A DNA stretch of 64,000 nucleotides from an uncultured Acidobacteriota bacterium (GTDB taxonomy: Bacteria; Acidobacteriota; Terriglobia; Acidiferrales; UBA7541): NCBI GenBank assembly GCA_963720655.1, contig CAVRFZ010000025.1, forward strand, positions 24,444-88,443, given 5' to 3'. Below, in pieces: positions 38,839 to 49,021 of this stretch. The notes beneath the pieces were generated by a model. It ran no database searches and had not been told where the DNA came from. It worked only from the letters and a program-made list of their open reading frames with translations. Each line of letters starts with the position of its first letter. Positions within the stretch are counted from its first letter, which is position 1. The position numbers and the translations under genes were made by a program.

Positions 38839-40179
38839 ATGAATCCTGCCAAGTCAGAATCTGTGGTGAGCGCAAATCCAGCGGCCACCGGTCGCCGCGA
38901 CTCGCTGACAATCACCGACAACCGCAACGGCCGCCAATACGAAGTTCCCATCAAGCACGATACGATTCGCGCCATCGACCTGCGCCCAATCAAAATTGAT
39001 CCCTCTGACTTCGGAATGATGAGCTACGATCCGGCGTACTCGAATACGGCGTCGTGCATCAGCAAAATCACGTTTATTGACGGAGATAAAGGAATTCTGC
39101 GCTATCGCGGGTACTCGATCGAGGAGCTTTCCGAAAAGAGCACCTATCTCGAAACGGCTTACCTTCTACTCCGCGGCGAACTCCCCACTAAATCGCAACT
39201 TGCCGACTGGTCCTATCACGTCACTCATCACACCTTCATTCACGAAAGCATTAAAAAATTTCTCGACGGATTTCACTACGATGCGCACCCGATGGGCATG
39301 CTGATTTCCACTGTCGCCGCGCTCTCCACTTTTTATCCCGACGCGAAGGATATCTTCAATCCCGACTCGCGACTTAAGCAAACCTATCGCCTGGTCGGAA
39401 AGATGCCCACCCTGGCAGCGTTTGCCTATCGCCATAGCTTGGGCATGCCCTTCGCCTACCCCGATAACGATCTCAGCTATACCGGCAATTTCCTGAACAT
39501 GCTCTTCCGCACCACGGAACTGAAATACCGGCCGAATCCCACTCTCGAGCGCGCCCTGGACATTCTTTTTATTCTTCACGCCGATCACGAGCAGAATTGC
39601 TCCTCGAGCGCCATGCGGGGCGTAGGCAGTTCCCACGTCGATCCTTACTCGGCAACTGCCGCGGCCACCGCGGCGCTTTACGGCCCGCTCCATGGCGGCG
39701 CGAATGAGCAAGTGCTCCGCATGCTTCTCGAGATCGGCTCGGTGAAGAATGTGCCGGCGTACATCAAGAGCGTCAAAGCCGGCGAAAAGCTTCTGATGGG
39801 CTTCGGCCATCGCGTATACAAAAACTACGATCCGCGAGCCAGGATCGTAAAGCACATCGCCTATGAAGTTTTCGACGTGATGGGCCGCAACCCTCTCATC
39901 GAGATTGCGCTCGAATGCGAACGCATAGCGCTCGAAGATGAGTACTTCGTCACACGCCGCTTATATCCCAATGTGGATTTCTATACGGGTCTCATCTACC
40001 AGTCGATGGGCTTCCCCGTAACGATGTTTCCGGTCCTTTTTGCGATTCCACGCACTTCGGGCTGGATCGCGCAATGGGAAGAGATGTTGCTAGACCCTGA
40101 GCAAAAAATTTCCCGTCCGCGCCAGATCTATCTAGGACACGATTTGCGCGGGTACGTTCCACTTGACGACCGCAGCTGA
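38839..40179 (+). CDS. gltA: citrate synthase
   Basis: GILRYRGY, LHADHEQNCS, GPLHGGANE and GFGHRVYKNYDPRA are citrate synthase signatures. Confidence 0.95.
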   Translation: MNPAKSESVVSANPAATGRRDSLTITDNRNGRQYEVPIKHDTIRAIDLRPIKIDPSDFGMMSYDPAYSNTASCISKITFIDGDKGILRYRGYSIEELSEKSTYLETAYLLLRGELPTKSQLADWSYHVTHHTFIHESIKKFLDGFHYDAHPMGMLISTVAALSTFYPDAKDIFNPDSRLKQTYRLVGKMPTLAAFAYRHSLGMPFAYPDNDLSYTGNFLNMLFRTTELKYRPNPTLERALDILFILHADHEQNCSSSAMRGVGSSHVDPYSATAAATAALYGPLHGGANEQVLRMLLEIGSVKNVPAYIKSVKAGEKLLMGFGHRVYKNYDPRARIVKHIAYEVFDVMGRNPLIEIALECERIALEDEYFVTRRLYPNVDFYTGLIYQSMGFPVTMFPVLFAIPRTSGWIAQWEEMLLDPEQKISRPRQIYLGHDLRGYVPLDDRS

Positions 40180-40313
40180 AAACTGCTCTCTCCCCGTCCC
40201 GCTTTGACTCATTCCGCTGTGGCCTTAGTCCATCGGTTTTTTTCCGAAAAGTGATTGCATTCGGGCCTAATCTCTGGCAAAACACCCTGCACGCCTGCAG
40301 GGGGCCTCTGTAA

Positions 40314-40673
40314 ATGGAACTATCTACACGTGATTCCGGCACAGCCACGATTGTTGACGTGGTCGGCGACATTACGCTCTATAACTCGCCGGACATGCGC
40401 AAAATGCTCATCGATCTGCTGAAGACGCAGCGCAAACCTCGCGTGATCGTGAATATGCTCAGTGTGAAATATATTGATAGCGCGGGCGTTGCTTCTCTGG
40501 TAGAAGGTCTAAAAATTGCTAGGGATCTGAAGAGCACATTTGCGCTTTTTGGTCTCAGCCGCACGGCTCGAGAGGTACTCGAGCTCACGCGCCTGATAAA
40601 GGTTTTTGAAGTCTATAACAACGAACAAGAAGCTCTGCAGGGTGGCGGCGCACCAGCCGCTCCCGCGAGGTAA
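40314..40673 (+). CDS. STAS-domain protein, MlaB-like by position
   Basis: STAS pattern (IVDVVGDITL...VIVNMLSVKYIDSAGVASLV). It lies directly upstream of mlaE-mlaF-mlaD on the same strand. Confidence 0.7.
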   Translation: MELSTRDSGTATIVDVVGDITLYNSPDMRKMLIDLLKTQRKPRVIVNMLSVKYIDSAGVASLVEGLKIARDLKSTFALFGLSRTAREVLELTRLIKVFEVYNNEQEALQGGGAPAAPAR

Positions 40674-40732
40674 TTTCCGGTCGGATTCGGCGGGCAATTT
40701 TCGGGGATGCCGCCACCCGCCGGGTTTCACCA

Positions 40733-41527
40733 ATGGCATTTACTGAATCAGTCGGCGCAGCGACAATTAACGGCCTAGCCTACGTTGGTGGCTTGGCTCG
40801 CATCACGGGGGGCGCCGCCAAGGCCCTCTTCGTCGAACCCGGTCGCGTTGGAAAGCTCCTCAGTCGCTCGATTCATCAAGCGATGGCTGTCGGCGTGGAA
40901 GCCATTCCCATCGTTTCGCTCATTTCTTTCTTCATCGGATTGATTTTTGCGCTTCAAAGCGCCTATCAACTTCGCAAACTTGGCGCTCTCCAATTCGTTG
41001 CCGCGGCAGTCGCCATCGCAATCACGCGCGAGCTTGGCCCCCTGATGACGGCGGTCATGGTGATTGGCCGTTCCGGTTCTTCTTTCGCCGCAGAAATCGG
41101 CACAATGAAGGTCAACGAAGAAATCGATGCGATGGAAACGATGGCGCTCGAGCCAGTCCGTTTCCTCGTCGCTCCTAAATTGATCGCGATGATGCTCATG
41201 CTGCCCTGCCTCACCACCTGGGCCGATTTCATGGGCGTCGTAGGCGGAGGAGTGTTCGGCGTCACCAGCGGCCCCTTCACGTGGCATTCCTATTTCCAGG
41301 CCACGCTAGACGCACTGGTGAGGCGCGACATTCTCACAGGTTTGGTCAAGAGCATCATGTTCGGCGTTGTGATCACCGCCGTCGGCTGCATGGAGGGATT
41401 TTCGACCGGCCTCGGTTCCGAACAGGTGGGCCGCTCCACAACTTCGGCGGTCGTTAAATCAATTTTCATGGTCATTTTTGTAGACGTCATTTTTACAGCC
41501 ATTTTTTATTTCGCGATGCCGGACTGA
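40733..41527 (+). CDS. mlaE: MlaE-family ABC transporter permease
   Basis: REL(G)P..TA....GRSGS..AAEIG.M...EEIDA is the MlaE signature (ITRELGPLMTAVMVIGRSGSSFAAEIGTMKVNEEIDAM). Confidence 0.85.
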   Translation: MAFTESVGAATINGLAYVGGLARITGGAAKALFVEPGRVGKLLSRSIHQAMAVGVEAIPIVSLISFFIGLIFALQSAYQLRKLGALQFVAAAVAIAITRELGPLMTAVMVIGRSGSSFAAEIGTMKVNEEIDAMETMALEPVRFLVAPKLIAMMLMLPCLTTWADFMGVVGGGVFGVTSGPFTWHSYFQATLDALVRRDILTGLVKSIMFGVVITAVGCMEGFSTGLGSEQVGRSTTSAVVKSIFMVIFVDVIFTAIFYFAMPD

Positions 41528-41534
41528 ACGGACT

Positions 41535-42383
41535 ATGTCACCCGACCCTATCGTGAAACCGCCAGAGAGCCGCGCCGACGGTGGCCCCGCGATCTCCGTG
41601 CGCAACTTGCGCGTGAATTACGGCGAGCGTGAGATTCTGCACAGCATCAGCTTCGACATCAGTCCCGGCGAGACGCTCGTGATCCTCGGCGGCTCGGGCT
41701 CTGGCAAAAGCACGTTGTTGCGCACGCTGGTGGGACTTGAAAAACCCAGCGGCGGCGAAATCTGGATTCGTGGAAAGAATTTTGCGGCGCTGGACGACGC
41801 GAGCCGCGACGAGCTTTTGAAAAAAATGGGCATGTCGTTTCAAGGCGGCGCCTTATTCGGCTCGATGACCGTCGGCGATAACGTCGCGCTTCCGCTTCGC
41901 GAGCACACCCCTCTCGACGACTCCACAATTGAAATCATGGTCCGCCTGAAACTCGATCAGGTTGGCCTCTCAGGATTTGAGAATTACATGCCCGCACAGC
42001 TCAGCGGTGGAATGAAAAAGCGCGCCGCCATTGCGCGCGCCTTGGCCATGGATCCGGAGATTCTCTTCTTCGACGAACCATCCGCTGGTCTCGACCCGAT
42101 CATCGCCGCCGGCATCGACGAACTCATCCTGAAATTAAAAAAAGCGTTTCGCATGACGATCGTCGTCGTCACCCACGAACTCGCCAGCGCCTATTTGATC
42201 GCCGATCGAATGATCCTTCTCGATAAAGGCGTCATCGTCGCCAATGGAACTACGGCCGAGCTGCAAAAGAGCCTGCAGCCGCGCGTGCGCCAATTTCTCG
42301 ATCGCGTTCCGGAGCCGGAAATTTCAACGGAGCTGGATTATCTGCAGATGTTGACGGGAGAGATTCCGCCGTTGCGGCAATGA
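41535..42383 (+). CDS. mlaF: MlaF-type ABC transporter ATP-binding protein
   Basis: Walker A GGSGSGKST, signature LSGGMKKRAAIARA, Walker B ILFFDEPSAGLDP. Confidence 0.85.
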   Translation: MSPDPIVKPPESRADGGPAISVRNLRVNYGEREILHSISFDISPGETLVILGGSGSGKSTLLRTLVGLEKPSGGEIWIRGKNFAALDDASRDELLKKMGMSFQGGALFGSMTVGDNVALPLREHTPLDDSTIEIMVRLKLDQVGLSGFENYMPAQLSGGMKKRAAIARALAMDPEILFFDEPSAGLDPIIAAGIDELILKLKKAFRMTIVVVTHELASAYLIADRMILLDKGVIVANGTTAELQKSLQPRVRQFLDRVPEPEISTELDYLQMLTGEIPPLRQ

Positions 42384-42465
42384 TGGAGGGCGCGGAGCTC
42401 ATGCTATACTCCGCGCGCCTGAGGGGGACCTTCCCGAAACATCGGGCGGGATATTAAGGAAGCCA

Positions 42466-43432
42466 ATGGAATCGAAGCGAGAACAGGCACTCGTCGGATT
42501 ATTCGTAGTCGTGGCATCGGCATTACTGATCGCCACCATCTTGTATCTTTCCGGCAGCCTCTCCAGCGGGTTGGTCCCGTATCGCACCTATTTCAAGAAC
42601 GCGGGCGGAATGATTCCTGGCACCGAGGTTCACTACGCCGGCGGTCCGAAAATAGGGCGCGTCACGAAGGTCGCTCCAGATCCGAAAGATCCCACGCGCA
42701 TGGAGGTCGATTTCTGAATTGAGCCCAGCGTTCCGGTTAAGACCGACAGCTAAAGCGACGGTCGCCAGCACCAGTCCCCTGGGAGAAAATTTTCTTGGTC
42801 TTCTCGCCGGGACTCCTCCGGCCCCGCACGCGCCGCCGGGTTCGACGCTTCCCTCCAAAGAATATGTCAGCTTTGCAGACATCGGTGACATGCTCTCCGG
42901 CCTCGGCCCTTCCGCTCAGGAGCTAATCACCCATTTGAATGATCGCGTAATGGAGATGAAGGTAACGCTGGCGCGCGTGAATGACGTGCTCGATGACGAG
43001 AATCGCGCCAACATCAAAGCTACCATCGGCAACATAAAAGGCATGCTCGCTGAAAATCGCCCTGCCATTCGTTCGTCGCTGAATCACATAAACGATGCGA
43101 GCGCAAAGCTCAGCCCTCTCCTCGATAAGTTCAACAACCTCTCCGACAAAGCCAACGAGCTGATCGCCCACATGGACGGCGTCATCACCGATCCCAACGT
43201 CAAGGAGTCCATCGATAAGTTGAAGCAAACTCTAACGCAAGCGAACGAATTGACCACCCGGCTGAACAACCTGATGGATGCCAATTCCGAGAACCTCGAC
43301 GAGATCATCGACAACCTCCGCGCCGTCTCGAACAACATGCGCGAATTCACCGAAACCATTAAGACTCGTCCGTACACTTTGATTCGCACCTCAAGCCCGA
43401 AGCCGCACCAGACGGGTCAGGCGCCGAAGTAA
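42466..43432 (+). pseudogene. mlaD: MlaD/MCE-family protein disrupted by an in-frame TGA (42715) and a +1 shift (about 42751)
   Basis: Frame 1 reads ...RMEVDF*IEPSVPVKTDS*. Frame 2 then continues KATVASTSPLGENFLGL..., which together form one continuous MCE-domain motif. This may be a sequencing error or a pseudogene. Confidence 0.7.
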
Positions 43433-43466
43433 GGCTGAAGAGACAGGAGCTTTGAAAGGAACATTA

Positions 43467-44096
43467 ATGCGTCGCGCGAACAGTGCTGTGCTGGTGGCGG
43501 TACTTGTAGGAGTTCTGTCAGGATGTGGCGGCACGCGTCCTACCAAATACTACGTGCTCGACGTTCCCGCTCCGCCCACCACTCAGTCGTCCACCGCGTA
43601 TCCTGTCTCCCTGCTTGTCGCCAGGCCCGTCACCTCGCACCTCTATCGCGATGACCGCATCGTTTTCGGCGCGGGTCCGGTGGAACTTGGCACTTATGAG
43701 TTTGAGCGCTGGGCTCAATCCCCCGCCGACATGATGCAGGATCTCCTCGTCAGCTACTTGCGCAACTCCAAACAATACCGCTCCGTTCTTCGCCCCGGAA
43801 GTAATGCGAGGGGTGATTACATTGTTCGCTCTTACCTGCGCTCACTCGCTGAGATTGACTCACCGGATTTTGTCGCCCGCTTTGCCATCCATCTCGATCT
43901 ATACGATCCGAAGAAGGGCGCCACTGTCTGGAGCGGCGACTACTCCCATGACGAACCTGTGGGAAGCAAGACCGTTACGGCGGTTGTCGAGGCACTCGAC
44001 AAGAATGTTCGCGCCGGGCTGCAGCAACTCACCTCGGAAATGGGCCAGTACTTCGCCGAGCATCCGCCTACAGCGCCGTCACAGGCCGCCAAATAG
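43467..44096 (+). CDS. ABC-type transport auxiliary lipoprotein (DUF330 / PqiC-like)
   Basis: Lipobox VLSGCGG followed by KYYVLD. It lies directly downstream of the Mla/MCE genes. Confidence 0.7.
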   Translation: MRRANSAVLVAVLVGVLSGCGGTRPTKYYVLDVPAPPTTQSSTAYPVSLLVARPVTSHLYRDDRIVFGAGPVELGTYEFERWAQSPADMMQDLLVSYLRNSKQYRSVLRPGSNARGDYIVRSYLRSLAEIDSPDFVARFAIHLDLYDPKKGATVWSGDYSHDEPVGSKTVTAVVEALDKNVRAGLQQLTSEMGQYFAEHPPTAPSQAAK

Positions 44097-44248
44097 CGGC
44101 TCGGTCTGGGCGGCCCGTTCCATCTCTGCCAAATCCGCTGTTTCGTTTTGAAATTTCCCCACTGATGCGTATTGGCTCATCTATTCGCTCCTAGCTGCCG
44201 ATACGACATTCAAGGCGCCTTTGTCACAGGTGTCGTTGCGGGGGACCC

Positions 44249-46207
44249 TTGGATTTCCTGAGGCAGCTTTTCGGCTCGGGCGACTTCCAGCCACACGGCT
44301 TCTGCTATCTCTGGAACGCCCGGCTGGTCTGGCTGCACGCGATCTCAGATCTGCTGATAGGGCTCGCGTATCTTACGATTCCGGTCACGCTCGTCTGGTT
44401 CATTCGCAAACGGCGGGATCTTCCCTTCAGCTGGATCTTCGTCTGCTTCGGAGTATTCATCGTTGCCTGTGGCGCCACGCACGTCTTGGAAGTCTGGAAT
44501 CTCTGGCACGCGAACTATTGGCTCGCCGGCGTGATCAAGGCCATCACAGCGGCTGCCTCCATTCTCACTGCGATCCTTCTGATTCGACTGGTGCCGCAGG
44601 CCCTCGATCTTCCCAGCTCTAAGCAGTGGCTCCTTGCCAACGCCGCGCTTCAGCAGGAGGTGCAAGATCGGCGTGAACTCGAGCTCACTCTCCGCATCAG
44701 CGAGTCGATGTATCGCGAACAGGCCGAACTTCTCGAGCTAACTCACGACGCTATTTTCGTCCGTAGCCTCGAGAAGAAGGTTCTCTACTGGAATCGCGCA
44801 GCCGAGCGGCTCTACGGCTGGCAAAAGGAAGAGGCCCGCGGAAAAATTACTCACGAGCTTCTTCATACTGTTTCCCCGAAACCCTTGGAAGAAATTCAGG
44901 CCGACGTATTTGAAAAAGGTTACTGGGAAGGCGAACTCATTCATACCCGCCGCGATGGAGCGCAAATCACAGTCTCCAGCCGCTGGGCTTTGCGCGTGGA
45001 TGCCAATGGCAAACCGCTTTCCATTCTCGAAAGCAATCGAGATGTTACCCATCGCAAGTTGGAAGAAGCGAAGTTTCGGAATCTTCTCGAATCGGCCCCT
45101 GATGCAATCGTGATCGTCGACGAACACGGCCGCATCGTTCTGACGAATGCCCAAACGGAGAAATTGTTTGGTTATCCGCGTCACGAATTGCTGCACGAGC
45201 CCATCGAAATCCTCATTCCGCCTCGGTTTCATGGCCAGCATGCCGTACATCGCACCAGCTATGCTCATGCGCCTCGCCCTCGGGCTATGGGAGCTGGTTT
45301 GGAACTTTACGGCCGCCGCAAGGACGGCACTGAGTTTCCCGTTGAAGTCAGTCTGAGCCCGCTCGAAACAGAAGAGGGCAAGCTCGTCTCCAGTGCAATC
45401 CGCGATGTTTCTACCCGCAGGCAAGCCGAACAAGAGGTCGAGCTCCGCAGACAGGAATTGGCCCGCTCCAACGCCGATCTAGCCGCCGTCAACCAGGAGC
45501 TCGAAGCCTTCAGTTACTCCGTCTCTCACGATCTGCGCGCTCCCTTGCGCCACATTGATGGGTTCGCCCGCATTTTGAAAGAGGAGCATGCTGCAGAGCT
45601 GTCCGAAGAGGCTCAGCGCTATCTCGAACGCATCCTCCATGGCGCGAATCATATGGGCCAGCTTGTGGATGACCTCCTGAATCTCGCCAAGGTCGGAAGA
45701 AAAGAGCTGGTCCGCCAAAGAACGAAGCTCGACGTGCTTGTTCGGGAGACGCTTGCCGACTTGCCTGAAACGGAAAACCGTGCCGTTGAGTGGCGCGTTG
45801 AACCGTTGCCGGAAGTTGACTGCGACCCCGGCTTGCTCAAATTAGTCTTCAACAATCTTCTTGGCAATGCCCTCAAATTTACGCGCGGCCGCCAGCCCGC
45901 CGTGATCGAAATCGGCACACTCGACTCCGCTGAGATGACCACAATTTTTGTCCGCGACAATGGTGTGGGCTTCGATCCCAAGTATGCCGATAAACTTTTT
46001 GGAGTCTTCCAACGCCTTCATCGCCAAGAAGACTTCGAGGGCACAGGCATCGGCCTGGCTACCGTTCAGCGAATTATTCGCAGGCACGGTGGCGAAGTTT
46101 GGGCCGAATCTGAACTGGATCGTGGCGCCACATTCTGTTTCTCGCTCGGCGGTCGGTCATCAGCCGCACGCGAGCCCCGGCCTGTGGAGGTGAGTGACCG
46201 TGCCTGA
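44249..46207 (+). CDS. histidine kinase with N-terminal ETR1-like ethylene-binding domain (EBD), two PAS, HisKA, HATPase
   Basis: TTG start. ISDLLIGLAYLTIPVTLVWFIRKRRDLPFSWIFVCFGVFIVACGATHVLEVWNLW aligns with Arabidopsis ETR1 [52 protein letters not shown]. H-box VSHDLRAPLRHI. Confidence 0.85.
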   Translation: MDFLRQLFGSGDFQPHGFCYLWNARLVWLHAISDLLIGLAYLTIPVTLVWFIRKRRDLPFSWIFVCFGVFIVACGATHVLEVWNLWHANYWLAGVIKAITAAASILTAILLIRLVPQALDLPSSKQWLLANAALQQEVQDRRELELTLRISESMYREQAELLELTHDAIFVRSLEKKVLYWNRAAERLYGWQKEEARGKITHELLHTVSPKPLEEIQADVFEKGYWEGELIHTRRDGAQITVSSRWALRVDANGKPLSILESNRDVTHRKLEEAKFRNLLESAPDAIVIVDEHGRIVLTNAQTEKLFGYPRHELLHEPIEILIPPRFHGQHAVHRTSYAHAPRPRAMGAGLELYGRRKDGTEFPVEVSLSPLETEEGKLVSSAIRDVSTRRQAEQEVELRRQELARSNADLAAVNQELEAFSYSVSHDLRAPLRHIDGFARILKEEHAAELSEEAQRYLERILHGANHMGQLVDDLLNLAKVGRKELVRQRTKLDVLVRETLADLPETENRAVEWRVEPLPEVDCDPGLLKLVFNNLLGNALKFTRGRQPAVIEIGTLDSAEMTTIFVRDNGVGFDPKYADKLFGVFQRLHRQEDFEGTGIGLATVQRIIRRHGGEVWAESELDRGATFCFSLGGRSSAAREPRPVEVSDRA

Positions 46208-46652
46208 AGCCGTCGAAATCTTGTTGGTCGAAGACAATCCTGCTGACGCCGAGCTGACGATTCACGCTCTCCGGAAAAGCAAGCTGGTCAATCACATTTG
46301 CCTTCTGCAGGACGGCGCCGAGGCTCTTGATTTTCTCTTCTGCCGGGGCGCCTACTCCATGCGGAGATTCGACACTCCTCCCCGTCTGATCCTCCTCGAT
46401 TTGAAACTCCCCAAGGTCGACGGCATTGGAGTCCTCGAACAAATAAAAAGCGACACACGAACGAAAGCTATTCCGGTGATCCTTCTCACTTCCTCTAAGG
46501 AAGAGCGTGATGTGGCAAGAAGCTACAAGCTCGGCGTGAACAGTTACATCCAAAAACCGGTGAGTTTCACGGAGTTTCAAGACGTTGTGAGGCAGCTCGG
46601 CCTGTATTGGCTGATAGCCAATAGCAAGCCACCAGCTTCCGCATTCTCTTAG
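46194..46652 (+). CDS. single-domain response regulator (CheY/Rcp1-like)
   Basis: ILLVEDNPADAEL, LILLDLKLPKVDG, LTSS and IQKP are receiver motifs. It overlaps the kinase gene by 14 nt. Confidence 0.85.
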   Translation: MTVPEAVEILLVEDNPADAELTIHALRKSKLVNHICLLQDGAEALDFLFCRGAYSMRRFDTPPRLILLDLKLPKVDGIGVLEQIKSDTRTKAIPVILLTSSKEERDVARSYKLGVNSYIQKPVSFTEFQDVVRQLGLYWLIANSKPPASAFS

Positions 46653-46665
46653 GAGTCTCGACTCG

Positions 46666-48699
46666 ATGTCGGAAATCGCGTCCGAAAAAGAACCGCTTCG
46701 AGCAAAATCGCCGCTTCGTCTGCTCCAGGTGGAGCATGAGGCCGACGATATAGAACTCTGCCTGCGCGAGTTGAAGAAATCCGGGCTTCACTTTGAAGTT
46801 GACACCGTCGCCGCCAGGGAGCTTTACGTTCAGAAACTAATCGAGAAGCCTTTCGACGTCGTCATCGCCGACTATCGCCTGCCTGGCTGGACGGGAATGG
46901 ACGCGCTAGCCGAAATCAAGCAACGCGATCTCAATATTCCGCTAATTCTCGTCACGGGCACGCTGGGTGATCGTCTCGCAGTGGAATGTATCAAGGAGGG
47001 AATCACCGATTACGTCTTGAAAGACCAGTTGGCCCGCCTTCCCGCTGCCCTGATTCGAGCGCGCGAAGAAAAGGAGTTGCGCGACGCCGAAACCCGCGCC
47101 ATGGACGCGCTTCGTGCCAGCGAAGCTCGCTATCGAGGCCTGGTCCAAAACGCAACTTACGGAATGCTCTGGGTCACCGGCGAAGGGAATCTTCTCGCCG
47201 TAAATCCGGCATTCGTCCGCATGCTGGGATACAACTCCGCCGAAGAACTTCTCGCCATTGGTAACACCACTGCGCTTTACCGTGATCCCGCGGCATCGAC
47301 GAAACTCCGCGAAAGGTACAGGGCCAGTGGGCACGTAGAGGCCACCGTCGAATGGAAACGCAAAGACGACAAAATCATCACCGTACGGCTCAGCGGCCGC
47401 CGCGTCATCGACCCCGAACAGAATGGCGAGTGCGCGGAAGTCATCGTCGAGGATGTTACCGAGCGCCTGGCTCTCGAAAAACAACTGATGCAGGCTCAAA
47501 AGTTCGAAGCCATCGGCCAGCTCGCCGGTGGAATCGCCCACGACTTCAACAACATGATCGGAGCCATCATGGGCTGGTCCGATATTGGGATGGAAGAGAC
47601 CGAAGAAGGCGCTCGCCTCCGCCGCCATTTTCAAAAAATCCACCAGCAGGCCGAACGCGCCGCCGCGCTCACTCGTCAGCTCCTGGCTTTTGCTCGCCGC
47701 CAGATTCTAGAGCCGCGCAATATCGACCTGAACCAGAGCGTCACCGAAACTCTCAACCTCCTCGAAAAGGTGATTGGCAGCAATATCGAGATCAAGACCA
47801 TCCTCGCGCCAGCTCTCTCCCTCGTTCGCGCTGATCCCACGCAAGTCGAGCAGGTGCTCATGAATCTCTGCATCAACGCTCGCGACGCCATGCCCGAGGG
47901 CGGTTCCTTGCTCATCGAGACCGCGCTTGTCATCTTCGACACGGAATACTGTGCCCACCAACCATTCGCCCGCCCCGGCGACTACGTGATGCTCTCAGTC
48001 ACCGATACGGGAACGGGAATGGACACGGCCACCATCGATCGCATCTTTGAGCCGTTTTTCACCACCAAGGAACTGGGCAAGGGCACCGGTCTTGGCCTCG
48101 CCACGGTATACGGCATCGTCAGGCAACACGGCGGATTCACCCATGTGTATAGCGAACTGGGCGTCGGAACTACATTTCGCACATATTTTCCAGCCGCACC
48201 GCTCGCAACCAAATCCGTTGAAATAGTCGAGGACACGCAACCGGTTCGCGGCGGCGTCGAGACGATTCTCGTTGTAGAAGATCACCCCGGGCTGCGCGAA
48301 CTTGCTTTCGAAACTCTCACCAACCTCGGCTACAAAGTGATTCTCGCCTCTGACGGCGAGCAGGGGCTGCATGAATTTGAAAGCCGCCGCGACCAAATCA
48401 ATCTTCTTCTCTTGGATGTTGTTCTGCCCAAATTGAGCGGCCCGCAAATTTACTCGCGTATTTGCGAAATCAAGCCCGATGTTTCCGTGATTTTCGCAAC
48501 GGGTTACAGCGCTGATATCGCCTCGCTTCAAAAGGCCCAACAGAAAGGCTTGCCGGTGCTGCAAAAGCCCTACTCCCCGCGAAGCTTAGCGCGGAAGGTC
48601 CGCGACACCTTGGATCAACCCCGGGTTCCCGTTGTGCAAGAAAATGTGCAAGAAAAGCCCTGTAATTCGCCTCACCCCGCCGCACTTCATCACGATTAG
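46666..48699 (+). CDS. hybrid kinase: REC - PAS - HisKA - HATPase - REC
   Basis: N-terminal receiver (VVIADYRLPGWTG), PAS, H-box GGIAHDFNNMIGAI, GTGLGLATVYGIV, and a C-terminal receiver (LLLLDVVLPKLSG). Confidence 0.85.
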   Translation: MSEIASEKEPLRAKSPLRLLQVEHEADDIELCLRELKKSGLHFEVDTVAARELYVQKLIEKPFDVVIADYRLPGWTGMDALAEIKQRDLNIPLILVTGTLGDRLAVECIKEGITDYVLKDQLARLPAALIRAREEKELRDAETRAMDALRASEARYRGLVQNATYGMLWVTGEGNLLAVNPAFVRMLGYNSAEELLAIGNTTALYRDPAASTKLRERYRASGHVEATVEWKRKDDKIITVRLSGRRVIDPEQNGECAEVIVEDVTERLALEKQLMQAQKFEAIGQLAGGIAHDFNNMIGAIMGWSDIGMEETEEGARLRRHFQKIHQQAERAAALTRQLLAFARRQILEPRNIDLNQSVTETLNLLEKVIGSNIEIKTILAPALSLVRADPTQVEQVLMNLCINARDAMPEGGSLLIETALVIFDTEYCAHQPFARPGDYVMLSVTDTGTGMDTATIDRIFEPFFTTKELGKGTGLGLATVYGIVRQHGGFTHVYSELGVGTTFRTYFPAAPLATKSVEIVEDTQPVRGGVETILVVEDHPGLRELAFETLTNLGYKVILASDGEQGLHEFESRRDQINLLLLDVVLPKLSGPQIYSRICEIKPDVSVIFATGYSADIASLQKAQQKGLPVLQKPYSPRSLARKVRDTLDQPRVPVVQENVQEKPCNSPHPAALHHD

Positions 48700-49021
48700 C
48701 GTTGACACCATTTCTTCCCTCGTGGTATTTCAGAATTAATCCGTGGACACCGGCTTCTTGCCGGGTTGCTGGGTCGTCAGACGCGGAAGTACCACCCAAA
48801 GGACGATCCGGCAACGAGCCCACCCACCCCGGGAGGTGGAATGCCGCTTGGCTTTCACCTCCCTTTTTTATGCCTGTCTTTGTAATGCCGGTTTTCTGCT
48901 GATTGCGGCGCAGTGGCGCGCCGCCTCGCGATCGCTTGCTTACTCAAGCACTTGCGGGGTTATAATGCGCACTCGGCAGCCACTTAGGATCGCGCCAGTA
49001 TTTGAATGTGGGGGAGGGGAC

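Noticed and set aside
42715-42717. In-frame TGA in mlaD as selenocysteine or programmed readthrough
   Set aside because: No downstream SECIS-like hairpin is evident, MlaD is not a known selenoprotein, and a frameshift lies 36 nt further on. A lesion or sequencing error is more economical.
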